A stretch of DNA of 64,000 nucleotides. Source: Mobula hypostoma. Lineage: Eukaryota. Below are positions 26,690 to 39,235 of the stretch, in pieces (the stretch's first letter is position 1; each line of letters starts with the position of its first letter). Where the stretch lies: assembly GCF_963921235.1 (NCBI RefSeq), contig NC_086118.1, positions 14,758,001-14,822,000 of the forward strand. Reading direction: 5' to 3'. A program made the position numbers and the translations under genes. The notes below the pieces were generated by a model, which had not been told where the DNA came from, searched no databases, and saw only the letters and a program-made list of their open reading frames with translations.

Positions 26690-28815
26690 AATTCTATCTG
26701 ATTTAAGATAGTGAAGGAAGAGGAAAGGTCGGGTCCACAGGTCAGGGTTCTAAAATGGAGCAGGGCAAATATTGAAGGAATTAAACAGGATCTAGCAGAG
26801 TTCAATTGGGTGAGCTTGTTTGATAGGAATGGAACAAATGGCAAATATGAGCCTTTTAAGAGTAAGATAGCAAGTATCCAGCAGCATAATTCCTGCGAGG
26901 GTGAAAGGTAAATCTAGCAAGTTTACGGAACCTGGCTGATGAGACGCTGGACAAGAAAAAGCAAGCATACATTGGGGTTTGGGAGTTCAGGGATGAGTGA
27001 ATCCTTTGATGATGATTAAAATGATCAAGAATACTCTTGAGAGAAATCAGGAGGCTAAAGAGAGGGTGCAATCTAGCAGGTAAGGTTGAGGAAAATCCCA
27101 GTAAGTTCCATAAATATATAAAGAGTGAAAGGGGGGCTATGGAGAGAGTAGGACCCCTTAAGAGATCAGCAGGGTTGCCTATGTTTTGAGCCCCGGCGGT
27201 GGTGTGATTTTTAATGAAAATTTCTACTCTGCGTTAACTGAGGAGAAAATTGTGGTTGCTCAAGAGATAAGGGAAACAAGTGAAAATATTTTGGAGGCCA
27301 TTCATATGGCCAGGGAGGAGGTATTTCTAGCCTTACAGTACATTAAAGTGGATAAACCCTTAGACCTGACTGAATGCATCCTTAGATTTTGTGTGAGGCT
27401 AGAGAAGAAACAGTGAAGGCTCTTGCAGAGATATTTCTTCATTGTTAGCCATTGGTGAAATTCCTCAAGATGGGAAGCAGGCTAATGTTGTTCCAGTCAT
27501 TAAGAAGGGTAGCAACGACAAGCGAGGGAACTACATGCCAGTCAACCTGACAAGAGTTGTGGAGAAGTTACTGGAGGGAATTCTGAGGGACAGGATCGAG
27601 AGAGAGAGACTGATTAGGATCAGTTAGCTTAACTCTGTGCATGGAAAATCATGCTTGACAAACATTTTAGGGTTTTTTGAAGTACCTCAAAAGGCAGATG
27701 AAGGTAGGACAGTGAATGCTGAATATTTGGACTTCAGCGAGGCCTTCACCAAGGTCCCACATGGTAGGTTGGTCGGGAAAGTTGGGCCCTATGGTATCCA
27801 GGGACAGCTAGTAAAGTGGATTCAAAATTGGCTCAGAGGTAGGACGTATAGGGTGGTGGTTGAAGTTTGTTTCTCGGGATGGAGGCCAGTGACTTGTGTT
27901 GTGCTGCGGTGGTCCATGTTGGGACCCTTGCTATTCTAGATTTATATAAATGATTTAGATGCAAATGCACAAGACTTGATCAGTAACTTTGCAGTTCACA
28001 CAAATTAGGAGGTGTTGTCAATAGTGAAAAGGTTATCATGGATTACAAGTGGATCTGAATCATTTAGGGAAGTGCGCAGAGGAGGGGTAAATATATTTGT
28101 ACTATGAATGGCAGGGTAACAGGGAGTATAATGGAACAGAGAGACTTAAGAGTACAAGGGCATAGTTCATTGAAAGTGGTGTCACATGTAGACAGGGTAG
28201 TGGAAAATAAAGGCTTTCAGCACACTGGCCTTCATCAGTCAGAGCACTGAGTATAAAGAGCTTGGACATTATCTTCCAGTTGCATAATTCGTTGGTGAGG
28301 CCATACTAGTACCGTGTACAGTTTTGGTCACCCGTTAAGATGTGGTTAAACTGGAAAGAGTGCAGAGAATATGCGGCCTGAGTTATAGCGAGAGGTTAGT
28401 CGGGCGAGATCTTTATTCCTTCGACACAGGGGGATGAGAGGTGACCTGAGAGAAATGTTTAAAATTATGAGAGGCAAAGATAATGTCAATGGTAACAGTC
28501 ATTTCCCCAGGGTATGGAAGACCAAAACTAAGGGCATAGATATAGGGTGAGGGGAGGAAATTTTGAAATGAATATGAGGTATGATTTTTTCTCACAAAGG
28601 GTGGTGAGTATACAGAGTGAGCTGCTGGAAGAAGTGGTTGAGGCAGGTACGATTGTATCAGTTAAGAAGCACTTGGACAGGTACGGACATGGAGGGACAG
28701 GGCTCAGAGGAATATGGGGTAAACACAGGAAATTGGGAGCAGATGGGTGGGCACTGTGTCAGCATGGACTCATTTGCTGATGGGCCTGCATTCGTGCTGT
28801 ACTGCTCTGTGACTG
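26690..28815 (+). mobile_element. Old decayed CR1 ORF2
   Basis: ANVVPVIKKG...NYMPVNLT, HGKSCLTN, YLDFSEAFTKVPHGRL, FFSQRVV. Many frameshifts. Confidence 0.85.
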
Positions 28816-28862
28816 TTACGTGAGGAGCAGCACTTAGAATAAAGTTAGTCACAGAAAATGAG

Positions 28863-28994
28863 ACAACAGGAATTCTGCAGATGCTGGAAATTCAAGCAAC
28901 ACACATAAAAGTTGCTGGTGAACGCAGCAGGCCAGGCAGCATCTCTAGGAAGAGGTGCAGTCGACGTTTCAGGCCGAGACCCTTCGTCAGGACT
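28863..28994 (-). mobile_element. ~132-bp Penelope-derived mini-element beginning with a minimal hammerhead ribozyme
   Basis: Near-identical to 49820-49955. Flanked by gaaaatgag / gaaactgag (8/9 direct repeat). Confidence 0.8.
28959..28994 (-). ncRNA. Minimal type I hammerhead ribozyme motif
   Basis: Minus strand: AGUC CUGACGA AGG-gucucgg-CCU GAAA CGUC GACU. Complete catalytic core, stem I AGUC/GACU, loopless stem III. Confidence 0.8.
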
Positions 28995-29136
28995 GAAACT
29001 GAGCTTGGGCCCACCATGGTCATGTCTACCTTTGCTGCACAGTGATTGATATCAGTCACTTATACTCAATTGTACTTATTTTATGAGTCTCGTGTCAAGA
29101 TGGTTCTAAGATAGTAGCAATAAGGTTTTAAACTCA

Positions 29137-29455
29137 GGCCGGCTGGTGGTGCAACGACATCGGCGCTGGACCCGGGAGCGGAGGTTCCCGGGTTCGAAAC
29201 CAGTCGGGTCCGCCCCCGAGCATGCTTTCCATCCGTGCCGGGTTGAGTGTCGAGATTGCAACTCAACCTCGTAAAATAAAGGGAAAAATACTGCGAAAAT
29301 GTCTGTGTGGGGAGTGGCGAGCCACACAGTCTCTCTGTCGCTCCGCACTTTGTAAAAAAGCCATGAAAAATCCATCATCACAGACGCACGCACGAACACA
29401 CAGACGTGCACGCATGCACACACACTGGCTCGCACACATGCAGGCACACACATCC
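29137..29455 (+). mobile_element. tRNA-derived SINE with a CA-rich 3' region
   Basis: A-box-like tggtgcaacg and B-box ggttcgaaacc. CpG-rich, suggesting a young copy. Confidence 0.8.
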
Positions 29456-31122
29456 AGTCAGCACTAACAGAGAAGGATGACCCGATACAATTACACCAAC
29501 ACCAGGTCAGATCCGCTTGCGCGGAGTCAATGCGAGGAAAGCAGCCGGCCCAGATGGAGTCACCAGAAGGATTCTTAAGGACTGCGCAGATCAACTAGCG
29601 GGAGTATTTACTACCATCTTCAACCTCTCGCTACTACAGTCTGTAGTCCCCACCTGCATTAAGTCAGCCACAATAATACCCATACCAAAGAAAAGTACAG
29701 CGAACTGCCTTAATGACTATTGCCCAGTTGCTCTAACTCCTATCATCATGAAATGTTTTGAGAGACTCATACTGTCTTGTACTAAGTCTGCCATACCTGC
29801 TGACCTTGATAAACACCAGTTTGCGTATCGTGCAAACAGATCGACAGAGGATGCAGTCACCACAGCTCTCCACACGGCCCTTACAAACCTGGATCAGGAT
29901 AACACCTATGTAAGAATGCTGTTTCTGGACTACAGCTCAGCTTTTAATACAGTCATCCCCTACAAACTGGTGCAGAAATTGAGCAACCTGGGCCTTGACA
30001 GCTCACTGTGCTCATGGATACTGGATTTTCTGAGTAACAGACCCCGAAGTGTCAGGATGGGAGAACACACATCATCCACTCTCACCCTGAACACCGGTAC
30101 ACCACAGCGGTGTGTTCTCAGCCCCATCCTCTATTCTCTTTTCACCCATGACTGCTCTACCATTCACTCCACCAACACCATTGACAAATTTGCTGACGAT
30201 ACCACCCTAATAGGTATCATATCAGACTGTGATGAGACAGCCTATAGGGAGGAGGTACAGCATTTGGCAGAATGGTGTTGTCATATTAACCTGGACTTGA
30301 ACATCACAAAAACCAAGGAGCTGTTGGTAGACTTCAGGAAATCAAAGCACGTCAAGCACTCTGCTCCGCACATATACGGGAAAGAGGTGGAGAGAGTAGA
30401 GAGTTTCAAGTTCCTCGGCATCCACACCTCGGCTGACCTCACCTGGACTGCCCATATCTCTTATCAGGTGGGGAAGGCCCAACAGAGGCTCTACTTCCTA
30501 AGGAAGCTAAAGCACGCTCTCCTCCCTCATCACCTGCTGATCAACTTCTATCGGACAACTATAGAGAGCCTCCTGACGTATTGTTGTGCAGTGTGTTTTG
30601 CCAGCTGCACAGAACAGAACAGGAAGGACTCGCAGCGGGTGGTGAGGGTAGCAGAGCGGGTTATTGGCACAACATTACCGTCCCTCAGAGACATTTATAC
30701 TGGCAGACTTCAAAAGAAGGCTACTTGTATTTCAAAGGATCCCACTCATCCTGGATATCACCTGTTTTCCCCTCTACCTTCTGGGAAGAGATACAGAGCA
30801 TTAAGGACGAAAACAAAGAGACTCCTTAACAGCTTCTACCCACAAGCAGTGAAATGTATAACACCCCCTTCCCTTCTCCTGCCCCCCTCCTAAGACGGCG
30901 GCAGCTAAATGCATTACACTTCCAGGAATGGCGGGTGTGCAATCAATAGTCCTACCTCCACCCATCCATATATTATTAATTTTGGACTGCACTCCTGAGG
31001 TTTCAGAGTTTATTTTATGTATATATTCTTCCTCATGCTGCAAAACGTTGAGCTGCTAAACTGTGTTTCATTGCTCCACAACAATGACAATAAAGATATT
31101 CTTAATTCTTCTTCTTCTTCTT
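29456..31122 (+). mobile_element. Young 5'-truncated Rex1/Babar LINE with an uninterrupted 458-aa RT reading frame (29517-30893)
   Basis: [43 protein letters not shown]. 3' caataaag followed by a (CTT)n tail. Confidence 0.95.
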
Positions 31123-31544
31123 AAAAAAATGTTTTTAAACTCATCATTTGGGGGAGGGGTGAGAAGATAGAGAGGGGGATGGAGAGAGAAACATTTATTA
31201 AGGAGGTATTATTTGTTAGTGATATTACACATTTTTACATTCTTGCAGGAAAGTCTCATGACTTGAAACTCTCTCTCCCATCAACACATTGATTACTGTA
31301 ATTGTATTAGATTACTTGGCACTACTGCACTGACTCCATTATTGTATAGCTAATTAATGTAATGCTGGAGATTTAAGCAATAACATTAATTTTAGATCAG
31401 ACTTCCACAGATTCTCTCATTTCAGTTTCCACACAAATGATCTTGCAGAGTATACCAACCGAGAACCTCCTCAGTGTCCAACAAGGTGTGATAAGTAGTC
31501 TTTGTGCAGTAGTTAAATGTCATTTTGGAGCTACACATACTCAA

Positions 31545-32030
31545 GGGATTCAGCAGATACTGGAACACACATACAAAGTGCTGAAGGTGCAAGACCTTTC
31601 AACTAGTTGAGTAGTGTTACCGCAGCTGATTGTGGGCTCCAGCCTGACTCTGATTCTGAGTGAGGCCAATCATTATATATGGAAGGAAATGAACAGTTGA
31701 TGTTTTGGCTAAGACCCTTCATGTGGACTAGAAAAAAAGCTAGAATAAGAAGCTAGTGGGAAGGAAAGGAGTACTAACTGGCAGGTGATAGGTGATCACA
31801 GGTGAGGAGGAAGGTTGGTGGGTGGGGAAGATGATGATGTGAGAAGTAAAGAGCTGAAGAAGGAGGAATCTGATAGGAAACAGTATGGAAGATGGAATAA
31901 AGGGAAAAAGGGGGTGGGTGGGAGCCAGAGAGAGGAGATGGGCAGATCATGAGGATGGGGTGGGAAGGAGATGAGAAGGGGAGAGAAGGGGGAGAAAAAA
32001 AATAGAATGTGGTGGGGTGGTGATCACACC
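31545..32030 (-). mobile_element. Decayed Penelope-like terminal region with a degenerate hammerhead
   Basis: cagcagatactggaacacac... and acagttgatgttttggctaagacccttcatgtggact resemble 28863-28994. Followed by a purine-rich tract. Confidence 0.55.
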
Positions 32031-34334
32031 ACTTAGAAACTTAACTGCGTCTAACGTATTGGGCACGATTGAATCAACTTTGCAAGAAGAGGTCTTCTTT
32101 TATTCTGCTGTTAGCAGCAGTGCACAAGTTGAGTAAATCTGGGACCATTGGCAGGTTCAGGGAAAGAAGAATATGGGCTGGTTGAGACTCGTGGTCCAAG
32201 GGGTTGCCAAGACATGGATGGGGATGTCTTGTAGGCTCTGGTTGGATACTCTCTGTGAGTTTGTGAGTGTCATCTGGTGTGGAGTTTAAAGAAAGCAGTG
32301 GGCAAAGACATGGTGGGAGAGTACTAGAAAGGAAGGTGAGTGAGTCAGAAAGTGAGTAACTTAAGGGTCATATGGGAGTCAGGTTCCTGATTCCAAACTG
32401 TTAATCTACTTAGGGAGCTTTACAAAAAGAAATCCTCATGGAAGCCAACAGAAACAGAACTGGCTTATGGAGAGTGTGAACCATCCAGTGAACATATAAC
32501 TGGTGGTACTCAAAAATGCCTTGCACATCATTGCCTGGTGTTATTTGTTAATCAGTTACTGCACATTTCCACAATCTGGCAAAATGAAAAACTTACCCAC
32601 TAAACACAATATTTATTAGAGTTGTATCAAATTACTTGGTACCAATGCACCGACTCCATTATTGCATTGCAAATTAATGTAATGTTGGAGATTTATGCAA
32701 TAAAATTACTTCTACAGCAGAGAACAAAACGCTTAGGTTTTCTGTTTTCAGTTGCTACACAGAGGATATTGCAAAATACACCAGCTTGGAACATCCTCTG
32801 TGTGTGTCATAAGCAGCAGACTCACAGACGAACATCGAGCCAAAATCACTGACTTTACGAACAGTACTCTAAGCACCCAGTTCTATCAGAAGTTGTGTCG
32901 TTCAGTATCTGATTTTTAGACAACTGTATAGCATTCCATGCAATAAAAGACAGCAGAGATTCTGCAGTGCTTCTGAAAGAAATCCTCTTTCACATACATT
33001 TAGCAAGAGGTCTGATGGCTTTTCTCTGACTTTTTCTCCCAAAACAGTATCCCTGACTCATTTGCCAGGGTCAACAGACTGCTATGAGGTTTCAAACTCC
33101 TTGGAGTCAGGGCCTGATTTGATGCAGAATGTCTGTATATGTTCCAAATTTCCTGCACTAAGTATGGCTGACCTCAACACTGCAAATCATTTGTCCGTTG
33201 CTTTGTCCACAAGGGATTGTCCCCATGTCCTACATTCAGGGGCTCTGCAGTGTGATTAAAGTCTCAAGGAACTGCTCTCTGGAATGCATAACCCTACAGT
33301 GCTTCACATGAACTTCCCACTCTTACAGAATTTTACCGCTCTACCCTCCCATTTGTTCACCCAAGCTTGGGACATTGGACTGCCCACCATTTCCAAAATC
33401 ACTAAGCAACACTTAAAGAGAGATACAACACTGAAAAAAAACCTTTAATGTACTGACCACCAATCACCATTTTCACTCATCCTACGCCAACCCATTTGAT
33501 TCTCCTAACAGTCTCAGCAGCTTAATGGTGTAAATCAGGCATCCTTCACATCTTTTTAATGATCACAAGACACAGATAGATATTAAGAGCATCAGGTACT
33601 GCAGGTCTACCCCCATCAACAAGTTCCTTGAAAGCAGTGGAGCTGGACTTGTGGCAAGCTGCATTGCGAATCGTGTCCCCTGCTAGCTACCCAAGGATGA
33701 AGGCATTAGGGGCCTTCCAACTAATGGTACAAATGAGTGTCTTGTAATCACTCATTATTGTAATCACAAGACCCTATTGGACATTGGTTATAAAGAATAC
33801 TGTAAGGCTGGTTCATTGGCGAGACCTTGGTTGCCTTGGTTGTTGTGCGGACCAGGCCCTTGTGCCAGCTTGCTTCATGTTACGTTGCCTGTTGTAGCCA
33901 GCACCAGGGAGGGAGATGCTGGAGGCCGTGTGGGCACTTCAGTTTCCTTCCCGGGTTGGGGGTTGGCCCCTCCCATTGGTGCTGCCCTTCAGTGTTCGCT
34001 CGGTGGAAGGCAAGCTGAATTGCGTCCGTCTGCAGCTACACAGCATATGATGAGCTGTTCTGGCAGAAATGTTCTCCAGGACAACATCCCATGCACCAAC
34101 ATTTTACAAGGCATGACACTCAGGGACTTGGACTATATATTTTTTGTGACTATGTTTTTCTACCATCATAACTAGAGCTGCTATGTGCTCTGTGCGACTG
34201 TTGGTGCTGTGCTTTGCACCTTGGCCCCGCAGGACGTTGTTTCATTTGACCGTATTCATGCGTATGGTTGAATGATAATTAAACTTAAACTTAACGCAGT
34301 TCCTACCACCCATCCACACACTGGAAGCAATTTA

Positions 34335-34525
34335 TAATGGCCAATTAACCTACCAACACACACATTTTTTTGCTATGTGGAAAGGAATTAAATGATCTGT
34401 AGGGAACCCCATGTGGTCACAGGGAAAATGTGCGAATCCATACTGACAGCACTGGAGGTCTGGATTGAAACCAGATCACTAGAGCTGTGAGCTGCAGTCT
34501 ATCAGCCACAGTACTCTGCCACCTC
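34335..34525 (-). mobile_element. V-SINE-like remnant
   Basis: Degenerate reverse complement of the SINEs at 38942 and 61685. Confidence 0.6.
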
Positions 34526-36437
34526 ACCAGACCAGACCTGTTTGAATTCTGTTTCAGTCACAACTCTTAAACATTTGGCTTTCTAATGATGAAGTATCAG
34601 CAGCATGTTATTTTTCAACGTGAATTTTGCCACCTTTGTATTGACTTGATTGTACATACTTCTCCAGGAGGTGCTTAGCACAGGCAAGTCCAGAAAATCT
34701 GTTAATGGCTTGGCAAAAATAAAGTTATTACTTTTACCGCCCCTAAAGTTTAACACAAAATGTGCATTCTCTTACCCTTATTCAATTTGTTTAATGTATT
34801 CTGTTGGTAAATCAGATGACCAACTGGCAAAGTTGTTTCTCAGCCTTTGATTTCAATGTACTTCTGTCATGTGGGAAATGGATCTTGGAAGCAATAATAA
34901 TGTCACGCCCATGGTAATAATTATCAGTAATGCCATGGACACCCTGCATCAGTGAGAGGTCACTATATTTGCACAGAGCCAAATCCCAAACATGGCAATC
35001 TGGAACAAACAAACAATCTGCTGGAGGAACTCTAGGAGTCAAGTTATATCTGTAGGAGGAAAGGAATTGTTGATGTTTTGGGTTGAAAACCTGTATCAGG
35101 ACAGTCAATGGGAAGCGGGAAATTGAGTACAAACTAAAAAGGAGTGATATTGCAGAAGGGAGTTTTGCAAGTTTAATTCAGCACAACTAGGCAGCAAAGT
35201 GGGGCAAAGTCACTTTGACAGAGGAACAGTAGAAGGAAGTTTCCTCTGCCAAAAAAAAATCTCCCCCCCACTATCTCACATTTCAGACCAAGTCCATCAG
35301 AAGACACACACCTGCCTTACCATGAGTTCACTTGCTCCTCCTTTCTTTGCATCACACTACTCTGTAAGCTTGCTGCAATAAGGATATAGGAACTCACCAT
35401 AGGGAGTACTTGGTCTCAGCTCTGGAAGGAGCTGCCAGGAGTCCTGACCAAATGGATACAAGCCCATAGCCCCTGTCTACCTCCCTGCCTTGGTAGAATT
35501 TGTTTCTACTCTGAAATGGTAGAATGGTTGTGGCCCTTTCTTAAAGATCAAAATTCCTCCTGCATTACAGAAAATGAGGAGGAAGTGCTCAGTGAAGAAT
35601 GTAAATTGCAGTACAAACATTAACCCCTTATTCATGAAGGTCTAGTAAAACACCATTCTCTTGCCAATGATGACTGATCCATTTTATCGTTTCTTCAATC
35701 ATTTTTTTAAATTTCCAGTCACTTAGCTATTGACTGAAAGTACTTTCACATTTAACTAAGACTGACTTACCTGTTGTTGGGCAGCTAGAAAGCACTACCT
35801 AATCCGTAACACTCCACACCTCTTTCCCTACAGCCCTGGTGAAATGTCCTTTTCAGATATATAATGCCCTTTTGAATCACCAAGCTTGATTCAATAATTT
35901 TATATCAATAACCTCTGGCAACCCTGCCTTCCAGCTGAGCAACTAACATATGACAACAGTAGGAAATTGATTAAGTAATAGAGGACAATGTGTAGGGATA
36001 ATTGGAAAGTACTCAAATTGACAAATAACTTGTAAGAACCCACGTGGCCTGTGCTGGGTCTTCAGTTTTTCATGACATTTGAACTTTACCTATATCAAGA
36101 TCAATACCTTAAATTTTACTGACTCTCCTAAGTTGCATACATGGAAAAATGTTGGAAAGGAACAGCAAGTGACTTAACATGCATTTGAGGAGGGAGGGAT
36201 ACCAATTCTTCTGAGTGGAGTATCCCACAATTCCTTGTGAAAGTTTCAATATCCACTGCTAGTTCTGACCTAAGTCAACACTGGCATCTAGCCATTTTTC
36301 CATCAGCAATCCCCTTATAATATTTGTGAGACCAGTGCAATTTCCCACCTGACCCAAGCGCATCAGCCTCATTGATATGTATGGGGTGAAACAACTTCTA
36401 GGAGAATGCTAACTAGACATTTCATTTTTAAATTAAA

Positions 36438-37534
36438 CTAGACAAGGGGGTGACCTGTTGGGGCACCCTTTGAGAGAAGGGTAGTGCAGTCTGATGTAAC
36501 CAGAATGTACATTAAATTTTCCTGAATGCTATTGGCATCACTTTGCTTTGGAAACTTAAGTTGAGAACCTCAGTTTATTAAAGAAGAACGACGTGTAACA
36601 AAGCAAATCTAGCTCCTCCTCATTTAACAAAGAACACTTTTAATGGCATCATTTCTGGTTTATCTGCCACCCTTGTGCCTCTTGTTGTCATTCTGGAGAC
36701 GTGCAGTCCTTTCATCCCCCGTCTCTTCATCTCTTCTGCTGTTTGTTGCTTGTCTCTGATCCTGGAGACGTGCATGCCTCTCCTCCTGTGTCTCTTCTTC
36801 TCTCATCTTTTTTTGTCCTGACTCTTTGATCCTGAAGTCATGCGGCCCTGGGCTCATCCGGTTCTTGTTCTCTCCCTCTCCTTGCCGCTTCCCGACGTTT
36901 GGCGTCATCTCTTGACCATAATGTCCCCCTTCCCTTTCCACGCGGCATAATTAGGCTGACCATTTTTTTTTACCCTAATGCTGGATAGAAGATACGAAGC
37001 AGTAACACCAAAGGATGCTGATTATTCTTGATGTGGTTGGTGCTGTCCTAAATGGACGTGATATGGTCACTGCTGTCTTTTGACTGCAGCATAGGGTTTT
37101 ATGGGTGTCTCGAAGTACGTCATTACAATAAGATTTAATTATCTCTTATTAATGGGTGGCATTTAGATCTGTCCTATTCCTGCACATGCTGATGGTGATG
37201 AGCAGAATGTGACCCCTCGAAATAGAGCTACCCTGCCCTTTTGCTCCAGTAGGTGTTGCTGCTGAGGCTGGCCGTGCGCATGCGTCAGCCTGTCGCATCC
37301 TGATTTCCATGATGGTCGATCGGCTCTCAGGTGAAAGGCAGCCTGTTGATTTTTGGTGGATGAGCAATTTTATACGAATATATAACCCTGAACTTTGCCT
37401 GCATTCTGTAAGTTAGCGCATTTTAATTCAATTTAGCCAAAAAAACTGCCGCTGTAATGCACCGTTTGTGCTAATTGGAGGTCACAAACAGACAAACAGA
37501 CAGACAAAGCATGGGAGTTTTAGTAGTATATAGA
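36438..37534 (-). mobile_element. Non-autonomous Helitron (~1.1 kb)
   Basis: Minus strand starts A|TCTATATACTACTAAAAC and ends gggtg-ccccaacaggt-caccc-ccttgtCTAG|T. (GTCT/GTTT)n near the 5' end. Internal frame EETQEERHARLQDQR...DEETGDERTARLQNDNKRH. Confidence 0.85.
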
Positions 37535-38941
37535 TACATATAAAGTGTGAATGTATTTTGTTGTTTTAGCCTACAAACAAGTTTCTAATAGTCTTAATTG
37601 GGTATTATTTTATTATTTTCCATATGCTTTTAATTTTTTTGAAATATTAACCAACATTCAATTTCAAGAGTGGATAAGCTAGGGGGCGGAGCCTCTCCAG
37701 CAGTCAATTCCATTCTATGAGAGCAGTCAGCAACTGGTGGCTGAAAGTGGAAGACTGCATGCAGAATCACGCTGTAAGAAATAGCATGATTCAAGGACAA
37801 GCAAGCTCAGGATCAGCAGATGTGTATCATTCTTCCAACTACAGAAAGAACTGGGGACTTTCACCTTGGCTGTGAATGGCAGAGAAATGTGAGAATGAGC
37901 TCTTAGAAAGCAACAAATAAAATGACTTTTTTTTAAAGAGATAAACCTAACTGTGCATTTTTCATATTTATTTTGTCTGATTCTATCATTCTCCATATGT
38001 TGTTACTTGCACTTTAATGATTGCCCGTCAGGATATCAGTCCATTAATGCAGATGCAGGGTGGTGTTAAATTACAGCCAAACACATGTGCCATGTGGAGT
38101 GTATATAATTTTGGCCAGGAAGAGAGCAACATTCAAAACTGCCTTATTTATATTGGCCAGATCCAAGTCCGGTTACTACAGCTTCTTTGCTCTGAATCAC
38201 CAATGGGGAAATATTTTGCTCTCAATTGTAATTTATAACAGCTGCTAATTTTCATCAACAGCCAACATTGAAAACATTGTCCAAGTCAATCCACTAAGCG
38301 CATAGTCACTGAAAATGGAAAGGAAGCAAAAGAAAAATTGGCACCTTACTTGCAAATACAGATGTTTAAAATTCCCAAATTTCCATACTCATTCTGACAA
38401 AATGTAAGATTCTCGCTCTTTTTCCCAGTGTGTCGCCCACTCTATTATTTGCTGAGAGTCATAAAACTGACAGTGCATTTCAATTCAAATTTGATTTCAG
38501 TAACTTGTACATGCCAAATAACAAAACATTGAAGGAGTCTGTGTGCACTGACAAGGGGAAGTTGCTCCCACTGGGTACAAAGTTCAGTAATGTTGCAAGA
38601 ACTTTCAATTGGCTCCACTCTTTTACTGGGGGCGGGGAACTCTGAGTAACCATGGGAATGCAAACATGTAAAATCATAACAAGCTTCATTTACATGTCTT
38701 AATCAGAAAAAGACAATTTAAAAGACAGGTCAAGTTGGGCTTTAGTAGCATCTTAAATGTAGAAAGATCGAAAGGAGAGAAGATTTGAGAAGAGAATACT
38801 GTACTCAAAATAAGGGCCCAGGTGACCATAAGCACGACCATCATATGAGAGGCAAAAATAGGTCATATAGCCATGAGCAGGAAGACTAGAAGGAACACAC
38901 AGATCCTGGAGGGATGCTCAACAAGAGGTTAAAGAGAGTTA

Positions 38942-39235
38942 GGGCAGCATAGTAGTGTAGTGGTTAGAACAACAGTTTACAGTACCAGTGACCCAGGTTC
39001 AATTCCCACTGCTGTTTGTCAGGAGTTTGTATGTTCTCCCCATGACCACATGGGTTTCCTCCAGGTGCTCCAGTTTCCCCCCCAACGGTCCAAAGACGTA
39101 TTGGTTGGCAAGTTAATTGGTCATCGTAAATTGGCCCGTGATTAAGCTAGGGTTAAAACAGAGGATTGCTGTGTAGCACGGCCCGAAGGCCAGAAGAGCT
39201 TATTTCCCCCTGTTATCTCAACAAATATACAAAAA
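38942..39235 (+). mobile_element. V-SINE (HE1-like) tRNA-derived SINE
   Basis: A/B boxes (tagtgtagtgg, ggttcaattccc), then the V-domain ggagtttgtatgttctcccc...tgggtttcctccaggtgctccagtttcc. Confidence 0.85.

Noticed and set aside
29137..29215. tRNA-like sequences here and at ~54570-54640, ~38942 and ~61685
   Set aside because: These are SINE heads that continue into SINE bodies; no complete cloverleaf with a terminator was seen.
35398..35510. Possible 113-nt cryptic exon (ttcag| ... |gtgagt) on the minus strand
   Set aside because: Immediate stop in phase 1, and such site pairs arise by chance in a 33-kb intron.
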